From: an uncultured Pseudomonadota bacterium
Lineage (GTDB): Bacteria > Oederibacteriota > Muellerivitia > Muellerivitales > Muellerivitaceae
Direction of reading: 5' to 3'
DNA: 64,000 bases
NCBI GenBank assembly: GCA_963770835.1
Contig: CAVYRH010000026.1
Span: 78,811 to 142,810, forward strand
A program made the position numbers and the translations under genes. Each line of letters begins with the position of its first letter. The first letter of the stretch is position 1. The notes beneath the pieces were generated by a model. It ran no database searches. It had not been told where the DNA came from and was given only the letters and a program-made list of their open reading frames with translations. Positions 37,451-46,191 of the stretch are shown in pieces.

Positions 37451-39565
37451 TTACGGCGAAAGATAACCAGCGGCTTGGGTCAGGTTCAAGGGAGCCCGCA
37501 TGGCCTTTTCGAAGGCCCGCCGGGCCTCCTGGGGGTGCTGTTCCATCAGTTCCAGCGCACCCAAATGGAAATAAAGATGGGCCGATGGCACCTCCCCCCG
37601 AACCGCCTGTTCCAAGGCTTCCCGGGCCTCTTCCAAGAGCTTTCCACGGTCTTCCACCCGGGCTTCGAACGAGAACTTCAGGTAAAGATCCGACATTTTC
37701 TCCCAATAAAAGGAATTTAAAAAGGGATCGGTTTTGAAAAAGGGATAGGCTTCCCGCAAGGCCTGAAGGGTTTCCTCCCCGTCCTCACCGGAGAGGCGGC
37801 CCAGGCTTTTATCAATAAACGGTTTCAACGAAGCTGAGGCCTTTCCATATTGCTCCAGGAGTTTCGGGCCGAAAGAGTCCGTGGGACAAACCCAGAGCAT
37901 CCATCCCCCGTCAGGGGGAAGGGGCGCGGGGGAAAGGACGTAAGCCTTGGCTTGGGGAAACCGCCGGGCCAGGAAAGGGCGGTCGTTGACGTTGGCTAGG
38001 AAGGCCACCCAATGGGCATCGGAGGCGTGAAGCGCGGGGTTCTGGGCCGCGTTATAGGAATAGGACGCCACCGTCAGCGTCTGGTCGGGGAGGCCCGGCA
38101 CGAAATCAGAAAAGATCACACCGGGGCCTTGTTCCTCTTTTATTTTTTCCAGCAGGCCGTAGGCCCGGTAACGCTCGATGGATTTGGCCCAACCCCTCCA
38201 ATTGTCCACATCGTTCCACAAGCGGCCGTAGATCCCGTACAAGTGAAAGGAATCCAGGGACCCTGAAAGGAGGAGGAGGCCCAAAACAACCGCCATCGCC
38301 CTATTCTTGGGGAAGCGGCCCAGCCAGGCGGCCATCCCAAGGGAAGCCATCCCGAAGAGGATGGGGATGACCGGCACCATGCGGAAAGTTTCCCGGTCCG
38401 AGGTGGCCATGGCTGGCAGCACAAAAAAAATCAGGCACGCCAAGAGCCAACGGTAAAGCCCCTCTTTTCGCCTTTTCCAGGATTCCAGCAGTCCGAGGAG
38501 AAAAAGACTCCCCAATAGGGGGTTCAGCAGTCCCCCCCAGACCGGTTGGTAGGTATGAAAGCGGGGGTCCATGCCCCAAAAGAGGGACGAAAGATAAGAA
38601 AGGGAAACGGCCCATTGATTGGAAGCCGAAAAGTCCCCATGGGAAACGAGGCCTAGGACAAAGCGGCCATATCCATCGAGAAAAACCCCGATCACTATCG
38701 GCAAGCCTAAGAGGGCGCAGGGTCCCAGGAACCAAAAAAAAGCCGCTCTTTCATCCGGCCCAGCCCGCGGCTTCAACCAAGCCAGAACCAGGGTTAAAAA
38801 TACCACCGCCGCCACGATCGGCCAATGGATATGAATCCAAAAACCCAGGCCCGTGGCCGCTCCCAGCATGGCCCCCGCCCGCTTGCGATCCTCCGCATGG
38901 CGGCTCTTCAAGGCGAGGCCCAAAAGCCAGAGGACCAGCGCTTCCCATGTCAGGACCAGGCCGGTCATAAAAGAAAAACGCCCCAGCAACGCGGGCCAAA
39001 AGCCCAGGGCGGTAAAAGCGGTAACGCAGAAGGCAAGGGAACGGGAAAAATACTGGCGTGAAGCGCCATAGGCCAGGGGAATGGCGGCCAGGGAAATGAA
39101 AGCAGGGAAAATCCAAAGGGATAACAGGGAAGAACCGAAGATTTTTAAAAAAAGGGCCAAGCCCCAGATGTAAAAGGGCGGCACCCGGCTGCCACCGTAA
39201 AAAAGACGCCAGGTCCAATGCTCGTCGAGGTTCAAGGCGTAATAACCGTAAACCCCTTCATCATAATGGGGCCAAACCGAGAGGGTGGTGAGCTGGAAAA
39301 ACCGGAGGAAGACAGCCCCTAAAGCCAGAAAAATCCAAACCCAAAAGGGTACCGGCGGAAGAAATTCCTTTTGAAGCAGGTCTTTCGAATCGGATTGAGA
39401 GGGTAAGTAAAAAAAGGCAAACCCGAAAGGCAGGAGGATGCCGAAAAGGCCGATCCAGAGTTTCGCTTCCAAGGAAAAGGAGAAATAGGAAAGAAGGGTA
39501 TTGGCGGCCAGGAATATCCCGAAATAAATCCAAGGGCGGAAGCGGGGAAGCCGCTGGGGGTTCAA
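37451..39565 (-). CDS. GT-C fold glycosyltransferase, PMT/TMTC-like with C-terminal TPR (paralog 5 of 6)
   Basis: 704 aa; VWPHYDEGVYGYYALNL (DE motif); TPR-like C-terminus (HLYFHLGALELMEQHPQEARRAFEKAMRAP); ATGA overlap with upstream paralog 6. Confidence 0.6.
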   Translation of the reverse strand: MNPQRLPRFRPWIYFGIFLAANTLLSYFSFSLEAKLWIGLFGILLPFGFAFFYLPSQSDSKDLLQKEFLPPVPFWVWIFLALGAVFLRFFQLTTLSVWPHYDEGVYGYYALNLDEHWTWRLFYGGSRVPPFYIWGLALFLKIFGSSLLSLWIFPAFISLAAIPLAYGASRQYFSRSLAFCVTAFTALGFWPALLGRFSFMTGLVLTWEALVLWLLGLALKSRHAEDRKRAGAMLGAATGLGFWIHIHWPIVAAVVFLTLVLAWLKPRAGPDERAAFFWFLGPCALLGLPIVIGVFLDGYGRFVLGLVSHGDFSASNQWAVSLSYLSSLFWGMDPRFHTYQPVWGGLLNPLLGSLFLLGLLESWKRRKEGLYRWLLACLIFFVLPAMATSDRETFRMVPVIPILFGMASLGMAAWLGRFPKNRAMAVVLGLLLLSGSLDSFHLYGIYGRLWNDVDNWRGWAKSIERYRAYGLLEKIKEEQGPGVIFSDFVPGLPDQTLTVASYSYNAAQNPALHASDAHWVAFLANVNDRPFLARRFPQAKAYVLSPAPLPPDGGWMLWVCPTDSFGPKLLEQYGKASASLKPFIDKSLGRLSGEDGEETLQALREAYPFFKTDPFLNSFYWEKMSDLYLKFSFEARVEDRGKLLEEAREALEQAVRGEVPSAHLYFHLGALELMEQHPQEARRAFEKAMRAPLNLTQAAGYLSP

Positions 39566-41703
39566 GGCTTCCGCTCCATAGGGGCGGCGGGTGAAAGCTG
39601 GGCCAAAAGCAATCGGGATTCGGTGAAATCCAAGGGAGCCCGGACCGCTTCCTGGAAGAATTGATGGGCCTTGGGAGGATCGTTTAAGGCCAGTTGGAGA
39701 ACCCCCAACCGGTAAAACAAGTGGGCGGCGGGATAACCCGAATGGACCGCCTGTTCCAGGGCTTCCACGGCATCGTTCATTTTACCGGCCTTGACCGAAA
39801 GGTCCGCCATTTTTTCCCAATAGCAGGTCTCCAGGAAGGAATCCTTTTGAAAAAGGCCATGCACCGCGAGAAGGAAAGGACGGACTTTCTCCAGGGGGTC
39901 GCCGCTGTTGTAGTTCAAATTTTGAAGGTAGGCGTCGATGAAGCCGTCCAGGGTCTGGTCCGCCTCCCGCCATTCCAAAAAGACGGGACGGTTGGCCGGG
40001 GAAAGGGGAACCAGCCATAGCATCAAACCGCCGTCCGGGGGATGGAGGTCCTTCGAGAGCCAGTAACTTTTGCCGGGGCCGAAACGCTTGACCAGGAAGG
40101 GCTGCTCGTTCACGTTGGCCAAAACGGCGGCCCACCGGGCCGATCCGGGGTCCAACTTCGGATTAGAAACGGCGTTGAATCCGTAGTCGGCGATATCCAA
40201 TGTCTGGTCACAGCTGCCCGCCGGGAAATCGGAAAAAACCAAACCGGGGCCCTCGGCCCGGGCTTGGGCCTTGAGGACGCCAAATGCGCGGTAATAATTA
40301 ATGGATTTTGTGAATTTCAACCAATAAGCCGGATCATCCCAGACCCGATGGAGGGGTCCGGCCAAGTGGAAAAAATCCAGTCCAAAGGATAATGCCAAGA
40401 GCGCGCCTAAAAGGAGCAAGGGATGCCGGTAGGGGGGCAGGGAAACCACTAAACGGGCCAGGCCCAGGGCCGCCAGCGGCACGGTGATGACGGCGGCGGC
40501 GGCGATGCGGAAAGTTTCGGAGTCATGGCTTAACATCCCCGGAAGCAACAAGAAGAGGAACGCCGCCACCAGCCAACGTCCCAGTGGAGTTCCGGACCGG
40601 ATTGCCTCCAGGAAACCGCAAAAAACGCAGGATCCTAAAACCGGATTTAAGAACCCTCCCCAAATTGGCTGGAAAGTGTAGTACGAAAGCGGCAGTCCCC
40701 AAAAAACGGCGCTCCAATACGAAAGGGAGACTTCCATCCGGTGCCACGAGAGGGGGGACCCTTGATGGGTCCAAAGCATTTGAAGGTAGGGCGGCAATCC
40801 AGCGCGTCCTAGGTGGACCAGAAACGGCAGGATGACCGCGGCTAAAGACAGGCCGAAAGCCAGCGGCACCCAAGGTGACCGCCGGAAAGCCCACGCGACG
40901 GTCAGCCCTACCAGCAGCGCCACCGCCATCCACTGGAAATAAACGGCGTAAAAAGTCAGGCCGACAGCCAATCCCAAAAGAAGGGCCGCAGCCATCCTTG
41001 GGCGGGGCCGGGCCGCGCGGAACAAGAGGGCCAGCGGGATCAAGACAGCTGTTTCCACAAGGGGGATGAGGCATACGAAGCTGGCGAAGCGCCCGATGTA
41101 CCAAAACCAAAAGCCCAAAGCCCCTAGAGCCGCGCAAAGAAAGGAAAAGGACCTGGAGAAGTTCCATTGGCGGCAGGCAAGGTAAGCCAGGGGCGGGAAG
41201 CCCAGGGAAAAAATCAGGGGCGAGGACCACAAGCTCCCAATGGAAGGCCCCTCCAGCCTAAAGCAAAGGCTGAGCCACCATTGGTAAAAAGGAGGATGCT
41301 GGGCGCCGCTGTACAAAAGCCGGTCAATTCCCATCCGCATGATCCGCAGGGCGTAGAAGCCCACGATGCCCTCGTCCGAATGGGGCCACACGAAAAGGCC
41401 CATCAGTTTATAACCGCGAACGAAAATGGCCAGAGCTGCGACAAGGACCCAAACCCAAGGAGGCACCGCCGGCAGGAATTCCTGGAAGTAGAGCGGTTTT
41501 CCGGAGGGGCCTGGAACATAGGTTTTCCATGCCACGAAAAAAAGCAATAGGAGGCCGGGCAGGCCGGTCCAAAGTTTGGTTTCCAAGGGCAGGGGGGCGT
41601 AAGAAAGAAGGAGATTGGCGGCAAAGGTAATGAAGAAGTAAGCCCAGGGATGGTAGGAAAAGAAAAAGGCCTTAAAGGGGGGAAGTTTCAACATCGGAAC
41701 CAT
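39562..41703 (-). CDS. GT-C fold glycosyltransferase, PMT/TMTC-like with C-terminal TPR (paralog 6 of 6)
   Basis: Start taken at internal Met (MVPMLKLPPF...) one nucleotide downstream of the hpnE stop. The ORF-track start at 41841 would overlap hpnE by 137 nt. VWPHSDEGIVGFYALRI motif; TPR-like C-terminus. Confidence 0.55.
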   Translation of the reverse strand: MVPMLKLPPFKAFFFSYHPWAYFFITFAANLLLSYAPLPLETKLWTGLPGLLLLFFVAWKTYVPGPSGKPLYFQEFLPAVPPWVWVLVAALAIFVRGYKLMGLFVWPHSDEGIVGFYALRIMRMGIDRLLYSGAQHPPFYQWWLSLCFRLEGPSIGSLWSSPLIFSLGFPPLAYLACRQWNFSRSFSFLCAALGALGFWFWYIGRFASFVCLIPLVETAVLIPLALLFRAARPRPRMAAALLLGLAVGLTFYAVYFQWMAVALLVGLTVAWAFRRSPWVPLAFGLSLAAVILPFLVHLGRAGLPPYLQMLWTHQGSPLSWHRMEVSLSYWSAVFWGLPLSYYTFQPIWGGFLNPVLGSCVFCGFLEAIRSGTPLGRWLVAAFLFLLLPGMLSHDSETFRIAAAAVITVPLAALGLARLVVSLPPYRHPLLLLGALLALSFGLDFFHLAGPLHRVWDDPAYWLKFTKSINYYRAFGVLKAQARAEGPGLVFSDFPAGSCDQTLDIADYGFNAVSNPKLDPGSARWAAVLANVNEQPFLVKRFGPGKSYWLSKDLHPPDGGLMLWLVPLSPANRPVFLEWREADQTLDGFIDAYLQNLNYNSGDPLEKVRPFLLAVHGLFQKDSFLETCYWEKMADLSVKAGKMNDAVEALEQAVHSGYPAAHLFYRLGVLQLALNDPPKAHQFFQEAVRAPLDFTESRLLLAQLSPAAPMERKP

Positions 41704-41704
41704 T

Positions 41705-43072
41705 TTAGGGTCTTCGCGAAAGATATTCCCGAACTTTTTCCGCGGCGCGGTGGCCCGAAAGGCAGGCGCCTTCCAGGGTGGCGGGAAGGCCCGTGTTGGT
41801 CCAGTCCCCGGCCAGGAAGACATTGGGGTAGGGCGTTTCACAAGGCGGGCGGAGCCTGTCCGTTTCCTTGTTCCAAACGAAAGTGGCGGCCATTTCCCGC
41901 GTGGCCTTGGAATAAAGCACGGAAGCCCCAGCGGCCGCGGGACACTTCGCCCGCAATTCCACCAAGGCCAAGTCCACCAGTTCAGGGTCCTTCAAGCGGC
42001 CCAGGTCTTCCGCTGCGCTGGCCGTAAAGCTCAAGTATTGGCCTTGCCCCTTCCAAGACCAATTGGCGTTGCGGTTGAAAACCCACTCGAACCTGGCGCC
42101 CGAAAGCCCGACGAGATGGCCTTCCATGACCGGCTTGGAAAGGATGACGTGGACGGAAACAATGGGGGATTTTCCCATTTTGGAGAAATGGGAGGTTGTT
42201 TCCCAAGTCCCGGCGGGCCAAAGGGCGGAGAGGGAAGTGGGCGGCACGGCGAAAACGAGGGCATCGCCGGGATAAACGGCACCAGAACGGGTTTTAATTT
42301 CAAATACTCCCTCTTTAACAGTGAATTCCTGGACCCCCTCATGAAAAAGAACCCGCCCCCCTTTTGCTTCCAGGCACTTCCGGGCTTTTTCCGAAACCAG
42401 GTCGCCCAGGGGGAACCGAGCGATCCCTAAGGCGCTGTCCCGGCGGTTCCCGAAGAAGACCCGGTGAAGCACCTCGCCCAGGCCCAGGAGGGGCGCGACG
42501 GCGGGGGGAACGTTCATGACACTATCGCAAAGGGGCACCCAAAAGCGCTCGCGGGAGTGCGGGCCCTGGCCGGTGGTATCGAGGAACTGCGCCACGGTTT
42601 CCGCGCCCGACGGAATCCGAAAAGGTTTTTTCGAGAAAGCCGAAAGGGCCTTCGACATGGAAATTTTTTCCTTCCATGGAAAAGCGTTGGAAGTGAGGAG
42701 ACCCCAAACCAGATGGAAAGGAGCGGGCAGGGGGGCGCATTTCAGCGAGACTTTTTTCCCGCCAGAAGTGAGCCAGGAAAGGGCCAGGGGATCAATCCAA
42801 TGGAAGGCGCCGTTCATCCCGATTCGCTCCAGCATCCGGAGGGTTTCGGCGTAGCAACCCATGAAAAGATGGGGGCCGTTGTCCATGGGCGCGGGGAAGG
42901 TTTCGGAGGCCGGGATGGAATAGGCCCGGCCGCCCAGGGAGCCGCGGGACTCCAGGAGGTCCACGGAAATACCCTCTTCGGCCAGGGCCGTGGCGGCGGC
43001 GATCCCGGCATATCCCCCTCCCACGACGATCACTTTTCCCATCAACGAACTATCCCTTTCCAAAGCCAGCAA
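41705..43072 (-). CDS. hpnE: Hydroxysqualene dehydroxylase (amine-oxidase/phytoene-desaturase family)
   Basis: GKVIVVGGGYAGIAAATALAEEG FAD fold, C-terminal FLAGDWTNTGLPATLEGACLSG; third gene of a canonical hpnC-D-E triad. Confidence 0.75.
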   Translation of the reverse strand: MLALERDSSLMGKVIVVGGGYAGIAAATALAEEGISVDLLESRGSLGGRAYSIPASETFPAPMDNGPHLFMGCYAETLRMLERIGMNGAFHWIDPLALSWLTSGGKKVSLKCAPLPAPFHLVWGLLTSNAFPWKEKISMSKALSAFSKKPFRIPSGAETVAQFLDTTGQGPHSRERFWVPLCDSVMNVPPAVAPLLGLGEVLHRVFFGNRRDSALGIARFPLGDLVSEKARKCLEAKGGRVLFHEGVQEFTVKEGVFEIKTRSGAVYPGDALVFAVPPTSLSALWPAGTWETTSHFSKMGKSPIVSVHVILSKPVMEGHLVGLSGARFEWVFNRNANWSWKGQGQYLSFTASAAEDLGRLKDPELVDLALVELRAKCPAAAGASVLYSKATREMAATFVWNKETDRLRPPCETPYPNVFLAGDWTNTGLPATLEGACLSGHRAAEKVREYLSRRP

Positions 43073-43881
43073 CGGCCAACCACTCCCAAAACCGAAAGCA
43101 GCTTGTCGGCCTTGGAGAGGACGGTGCGCCCCTTCAGAATGCGGTAGGGATTGGCCCTCAATTTTTGGTAAAGCTTCACATAAACGGCAGCGATGGCCTC
43201 GGCGGTCACCAGTTGGGAGCGTTGGAAAAGGCTCAAGGACCCCCGCGCTTTTTCAAGGTAAGACCAGGCGCGGTCCAGTTGGAATTCGACGAAGGGTTTC
43301 CAGTGGGAATCGGTCTCCCCGAGTTGGGCTGGATTTAGGTGGAACCGCTTGAAGTCCTCCTGCGGGAAATATTGGCGATTGAGGGCCATGTCCTCCCGGT
43401 AATCCCGGGTGATATTGACCAACTGGAGGAAAACGCCGAGGTTTTCGGCGTAATCGCGGTGGGCCTGGTCCTTGAAGCCGAAGATTTCCATGCAGGCCAA
43501 GCCGGGGCCCCCCGCCACCTTCAGGGCGTATTGGTGGAGCCCAAGGAATTTTTTGAACCGGACGGGCCTCAAATCCTGTTCCACGCCCTGGATAATCCGT
43601 TCCAAGGGTTCGCGGGAAAGGCCGAAGGCGGGGATGAGGCCTTTCAACCTAAGAAAGAGAGGATGGGTTGCCCGGTCTGCAAAAGCGCTATTCAGGTTCC
43701 GTTTGAAGCGGGACAGCTTGCTCTTTTTTTCGGCGGGCGAACCTGGTCCATCGGCGATCTCATCGGCTTCCCAGCAGAAACGGTACAACACTTCCATGGC
43801 CCGTCTTTGGGAACGGGGTAGGAGAAGGAGGGCATAGTAAAAGCTGGTTTTGTTTTCGAGCGAGCCTTTTTGGGGGTTCAC
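43042..43881 (-). CDS. hpnD: Presqualene diphosphate synthase (squalene/phytoene synthase family)
   Basis: SFYYALLLLP, YRFCWEADEIAD (first Asp-rich motif), NITRDYREDMALNRQYFPQED (second motif). Confidence 0.75.
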   Translation of the reverse strand: MNPQKGSLENKTSFYYALLLLPRSQRRAMEVLYRFCWEADEIADGPGSPAEKKSKLSRFKRNLNSAFADRATHPLFLRLKGLIPAFGLSREPLERIIQGVEQDLRPVRFKKFLGLHQYALKVAGGPGLACMEIFGFKDQAHRDYAENLGVFLQLVNITRDYREDMALNRQYFPQEDFKRFHLNPAQLGETDSHWKPFVEFQLDRAWSYLEKARGSLSLFQRSQLVTAEAIAAVYVKLYQKLRANPYRILKGRTVLSKADKLLSVLGVVGRCWLWKGIVR

Positions 43882-43902
43882 AGGACCTCTTGCTAGTTAT
43901 TT

Positions 43903-44772
43903 TTAAGGATGAACCGCGCCAAATAGGGACCGGAGAGCCAGCGAAAGCTTATCGAATGCGTTCCAGGAGGGCCGGGTTTGGAGCACATTGTAGTCCATGT
44001 CCCTGATTTTATTGAGGATTCCCTGGCCGCCCAAGTAGGTCGCCTTCAATTCCAGTTTCAAGCGGCCGGACACCGATTCCAAGAGGGGGTGGCCTTTTTT
44101 AAAGTAACCTTCGGTGTAATCCACGGCGCTTTTCACCAGGACCCGGACCGCCGCGGAAGCCTTCAAGCCCAGCAGATCTTTTTCACCCACACCCGCCTTT
44201 TTCAATTCCAGCCGGGGGTAATAAATCCGGTTCCGTTTCAGATCCATCGCCGTGTCCTGCCAAAAGTTGATGAGCTGGAGGCCGCTGCAGATGAAATCCG
44301 AGTACCGGTGAAGTTTTTCCTCCCGGATGCCGGAGATATAAAGCACCATGCGGCCCACGGGATTGGCGCTATGGCGGCAATAAAAAAGAACCTCCTTCCA
44401 GGAAGCGTAACGCTTGACGGTCAGGTCCATCCGGTAGGCTTTCAACAAATCCAAGGGAAGGGAAAGGGGGATGCGGAAGGTCTTCAACGTGTTCGCGAAG
44501 GCTTGGAGTTCCAGGGGAGCCTTCTTCCTTTTCAGGGCGTCCTTGAGGCTCTTTTCCCAGCGGTTGATTTCCCCCAGGCGCCGGCCCTCGTATTCTTCCT
44601 CATCCGCGAAGTCATCGGCGGTGCGGGCAAAGGCATAGAGGGCCGCCACATGGGGGCGGGATTGCTTGGGCAAGAGCAGGGAGGCCACGGGGAAGTTCTC
44701 ATAGTGGCCAAAAGTCCGCTTCTGGCATAAGGCGTAAGCTTGCTCAAGGCCGGAGGGGATCGATGAGTCCAT
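43903..44772 (-). CDS. hpnC: Hydroxysqualene synthase (squalene/phytoene synthase family)
   Basis: ENFPVASLLLP, YAFARTADDFADE, LINFWQDTAMDLKRNRIYYP motifs; first gene of the triad. Confidence 0.75.
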   Translation of the reverse strand: MDSSIPSGLEQAYALCQKRTFGHYENFPVASLLLPKQSRPHVAALYAFARTADDFADEEEYEGRRLGEINRWEKSLKDALKRKKAPLELQAFANTLKTFRIPLSLPLDLLKAYRMDLTVKRYASWKEVLFYCRHSANPVGRMVLYISGIREEKLHRYSDFICSGLQLINFWQDTAMDLKRNRIYYPRLELKKAGVGEKDLLGLKASAAVRVLVKSAVDYTEGYFKKGHPLLESVSGRLKLELKATYLGGQGILNKIRDMDYNVLQTRPSWNAFDKLSLALRSLFGAVHP

Positions 44773-44824
44773 AGAAAGGTATTATTCAGAAAAGGGCGGA
44801 TGAAAGAACCGAAAAAGTGGGTGT

Positions 44825-45196
44825 TTACAGGACCGTTGCGGTGTAAATGAGGGCCGCGCAGGCGGTTTTTACAAAAGGACAGATTTTGATGGGAAGAATG
44901 GAAGTCCGTGCCCCGGTGAAAAGGGTCCAAAAGGCCATGAGGATCAGCATGGCGGCGCAGAGGCGGAACACCAGGACCGAAGTGGGATTCAAACCTTGCC
45001 GGAGGGCGACGATGGCCACCAATGCCCCGATAAAAGAAAGAGTCAGACCTTCAGCGACCCATTCCATCAGGATGATTTTTTGATTGTCGGAGGAAAGGGG
45101 GCCGAAACCCTTCACCACGGCGCGGGTGGGGACGATATGGGCGATGCCCCAAACCAACAAAACGACAGAAGCTAGATACAAGAGGGTGGCAGGCAT
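44825..45196 (-). CDS. Small hypothetical membrane protein (4 TM)
   Basis: 123 aa, four hydrophobic segments, no recognisable motif. Confidence 0.4.
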   Translation of the reverse strand: MPATLLYLASVVLLVWGIAHIVPTRAVVKGFGPLSSDNQKIILMEWVAEGLTLSFIGALVAIVALRQGLNPTSVLVFRLCAAMLILMAFWTLFTGARTSILPIKICPFVKTACAALIYTATVL

Positions 45197-45289
45197 CCTT
45201 CATCCTTTAAAACAGATTGAAGGTAACCTACCAAAGCTTGGACCGGGTTCTTATGACACCGCTCATGAACTGGCCCCAAAGAGAGGGTT

Positions 45290-45640
45290 TTATTTTTCTC
45301 CAGATGGGAGGCGGAGGTAGTTGTACAACAACGCGGCGCAAACCGCACCGATCACCGGTCCCAGGACGTAAATCCACATTTGTCCCAACTGTCCCTGGAA
45401 CAGGGCCGGGGCCAGGGAGCGGGCCGGGTTCATGGAAGCCCCGGTCACGGGCCCGCCCACGAAAGCCGCCAGCATGACCGTGGCGCCGATGGCGGCCCCG
45501 GCCATGGTGCCTTCCGCCCGGGTATCGGTGGCCACCGCCATGATGACGAACATGAGGAAAAAAGTGAGGATTCCTTCCCAAGCCAGGGCCTGTGGGTGAT
45601 GGACCGAGGGGAAGGTGGTCCCGAAGGCCCCGCCCGGGGG
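45290..45640 (-). pseudogene. Aquaporin/aquaglyceroporin (MIP family) remnant: C-terminal half only
   Basis: ORF 45290..45808 contains helices 4-6 and the second NPA box (ASMNPARSLAPALF...WIYVLGPVIGAVCAALLY), but its first about 60 codons are unrelated. No first NPA half anywhere upstream; only 218 bp separate it from the next gene. Confidence 0.65.
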
Positions 45641-45713
45641 AAGAAGGCCACCTGGCCGATTTGCAGGGCCGCCGCTTTGGGTTCTACGGTTCCTCCCGGA
45701 GAGAATGTTACAA

Positions 45714-45731
45714 TCTAGAGCATACTCTAGA
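45714..45731 (+). promoter_or_regulatory. Perfect 18-bp palindrome tctagagcatactctaga upstream of the AhpD-like/arsS pair (operator-like)
   Basis: Read directly; 7-bp arms, 4-bp centre, about 125 bp upstream of the ATG at 45858. Confidence 0.4.
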
Positions 45732-45857
45732 GTCAAGGGCCTTTGTTTGTTTCCCCGAAAAACAAGGAAACCTTTTGGAGCGGGGGAGCGTAATAGGGTT
45801 GGAAGCACATCCTCCCCCCATTAAGCTTGCAGGATCAACTTTCGGAAAGGAACTGAC

Positions 45858-46190
45858 ATGAATTATTACGAATCCAAGGACCTGGGCAAGTTCGCCGGCA
45901 TCGGCAAGTTCAAGCCCGAGCTGGCGAAGAAGTTTTTCGATTATTACACCGCGGCCACGGGCACGGACGGCGCGCTGACCAAGCGGGAGAAGGCGCTCAT
46001 CGGCCTGGCCCTGGCCCACGCCAAGCAATGCCCCTATTGCATCGACCAGTACACCACCCAATGCCTGGAGAACGGCTCCAACCCGGACGAGATGACCGAG
46101 GCCCTGCACGTGGCCGGGGCCCTGGAAGCGGGCATGACCTTAGTTCACGGCGTGCAGATGCACAACGTCATGGACCGCACAGGAGCCTGA
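45858..46190 (+). CDS. Carboxymuconolactone decarboxylase/AhpD-like protein of the type paired with ArsS (arsenosugar biosynthesis-associated peroxidase-like protein)
   Basis: 110 aa, AhpD-core motif LALAHAKQCPYCIDQYT (CxxC); immediately upstream of and co-oriented with a radical SAM gene with a Cys-rich C-terminus, the conserved pair architecture. Confidence 0.6.
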   Translation: MNYYESKDLGKFAGIGKFKPELAKKFFDYYTAATGTDGALTKREKALIGLALAHAKQCPYCIDQYTTQCLENGSNPDEMTEALHVAGALEAGMTLVHGVQMHNVMDRTGA

Positions 46191-46191
46191 T

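Noticed and set aside
41705-41841. 137-nt overlap between hpnE and the ORF-track start of GT-C paralog 6
   Set aside because: The extended N-terminus (MKRPTPMSSWPGTGPTRAFPPP...) is Pro/Arg-rich and lies over the hpnE 3' end. The internal Met at 41703 gives a typical membrane-protein N-terminus and tight coupling, so the long form is rejected.
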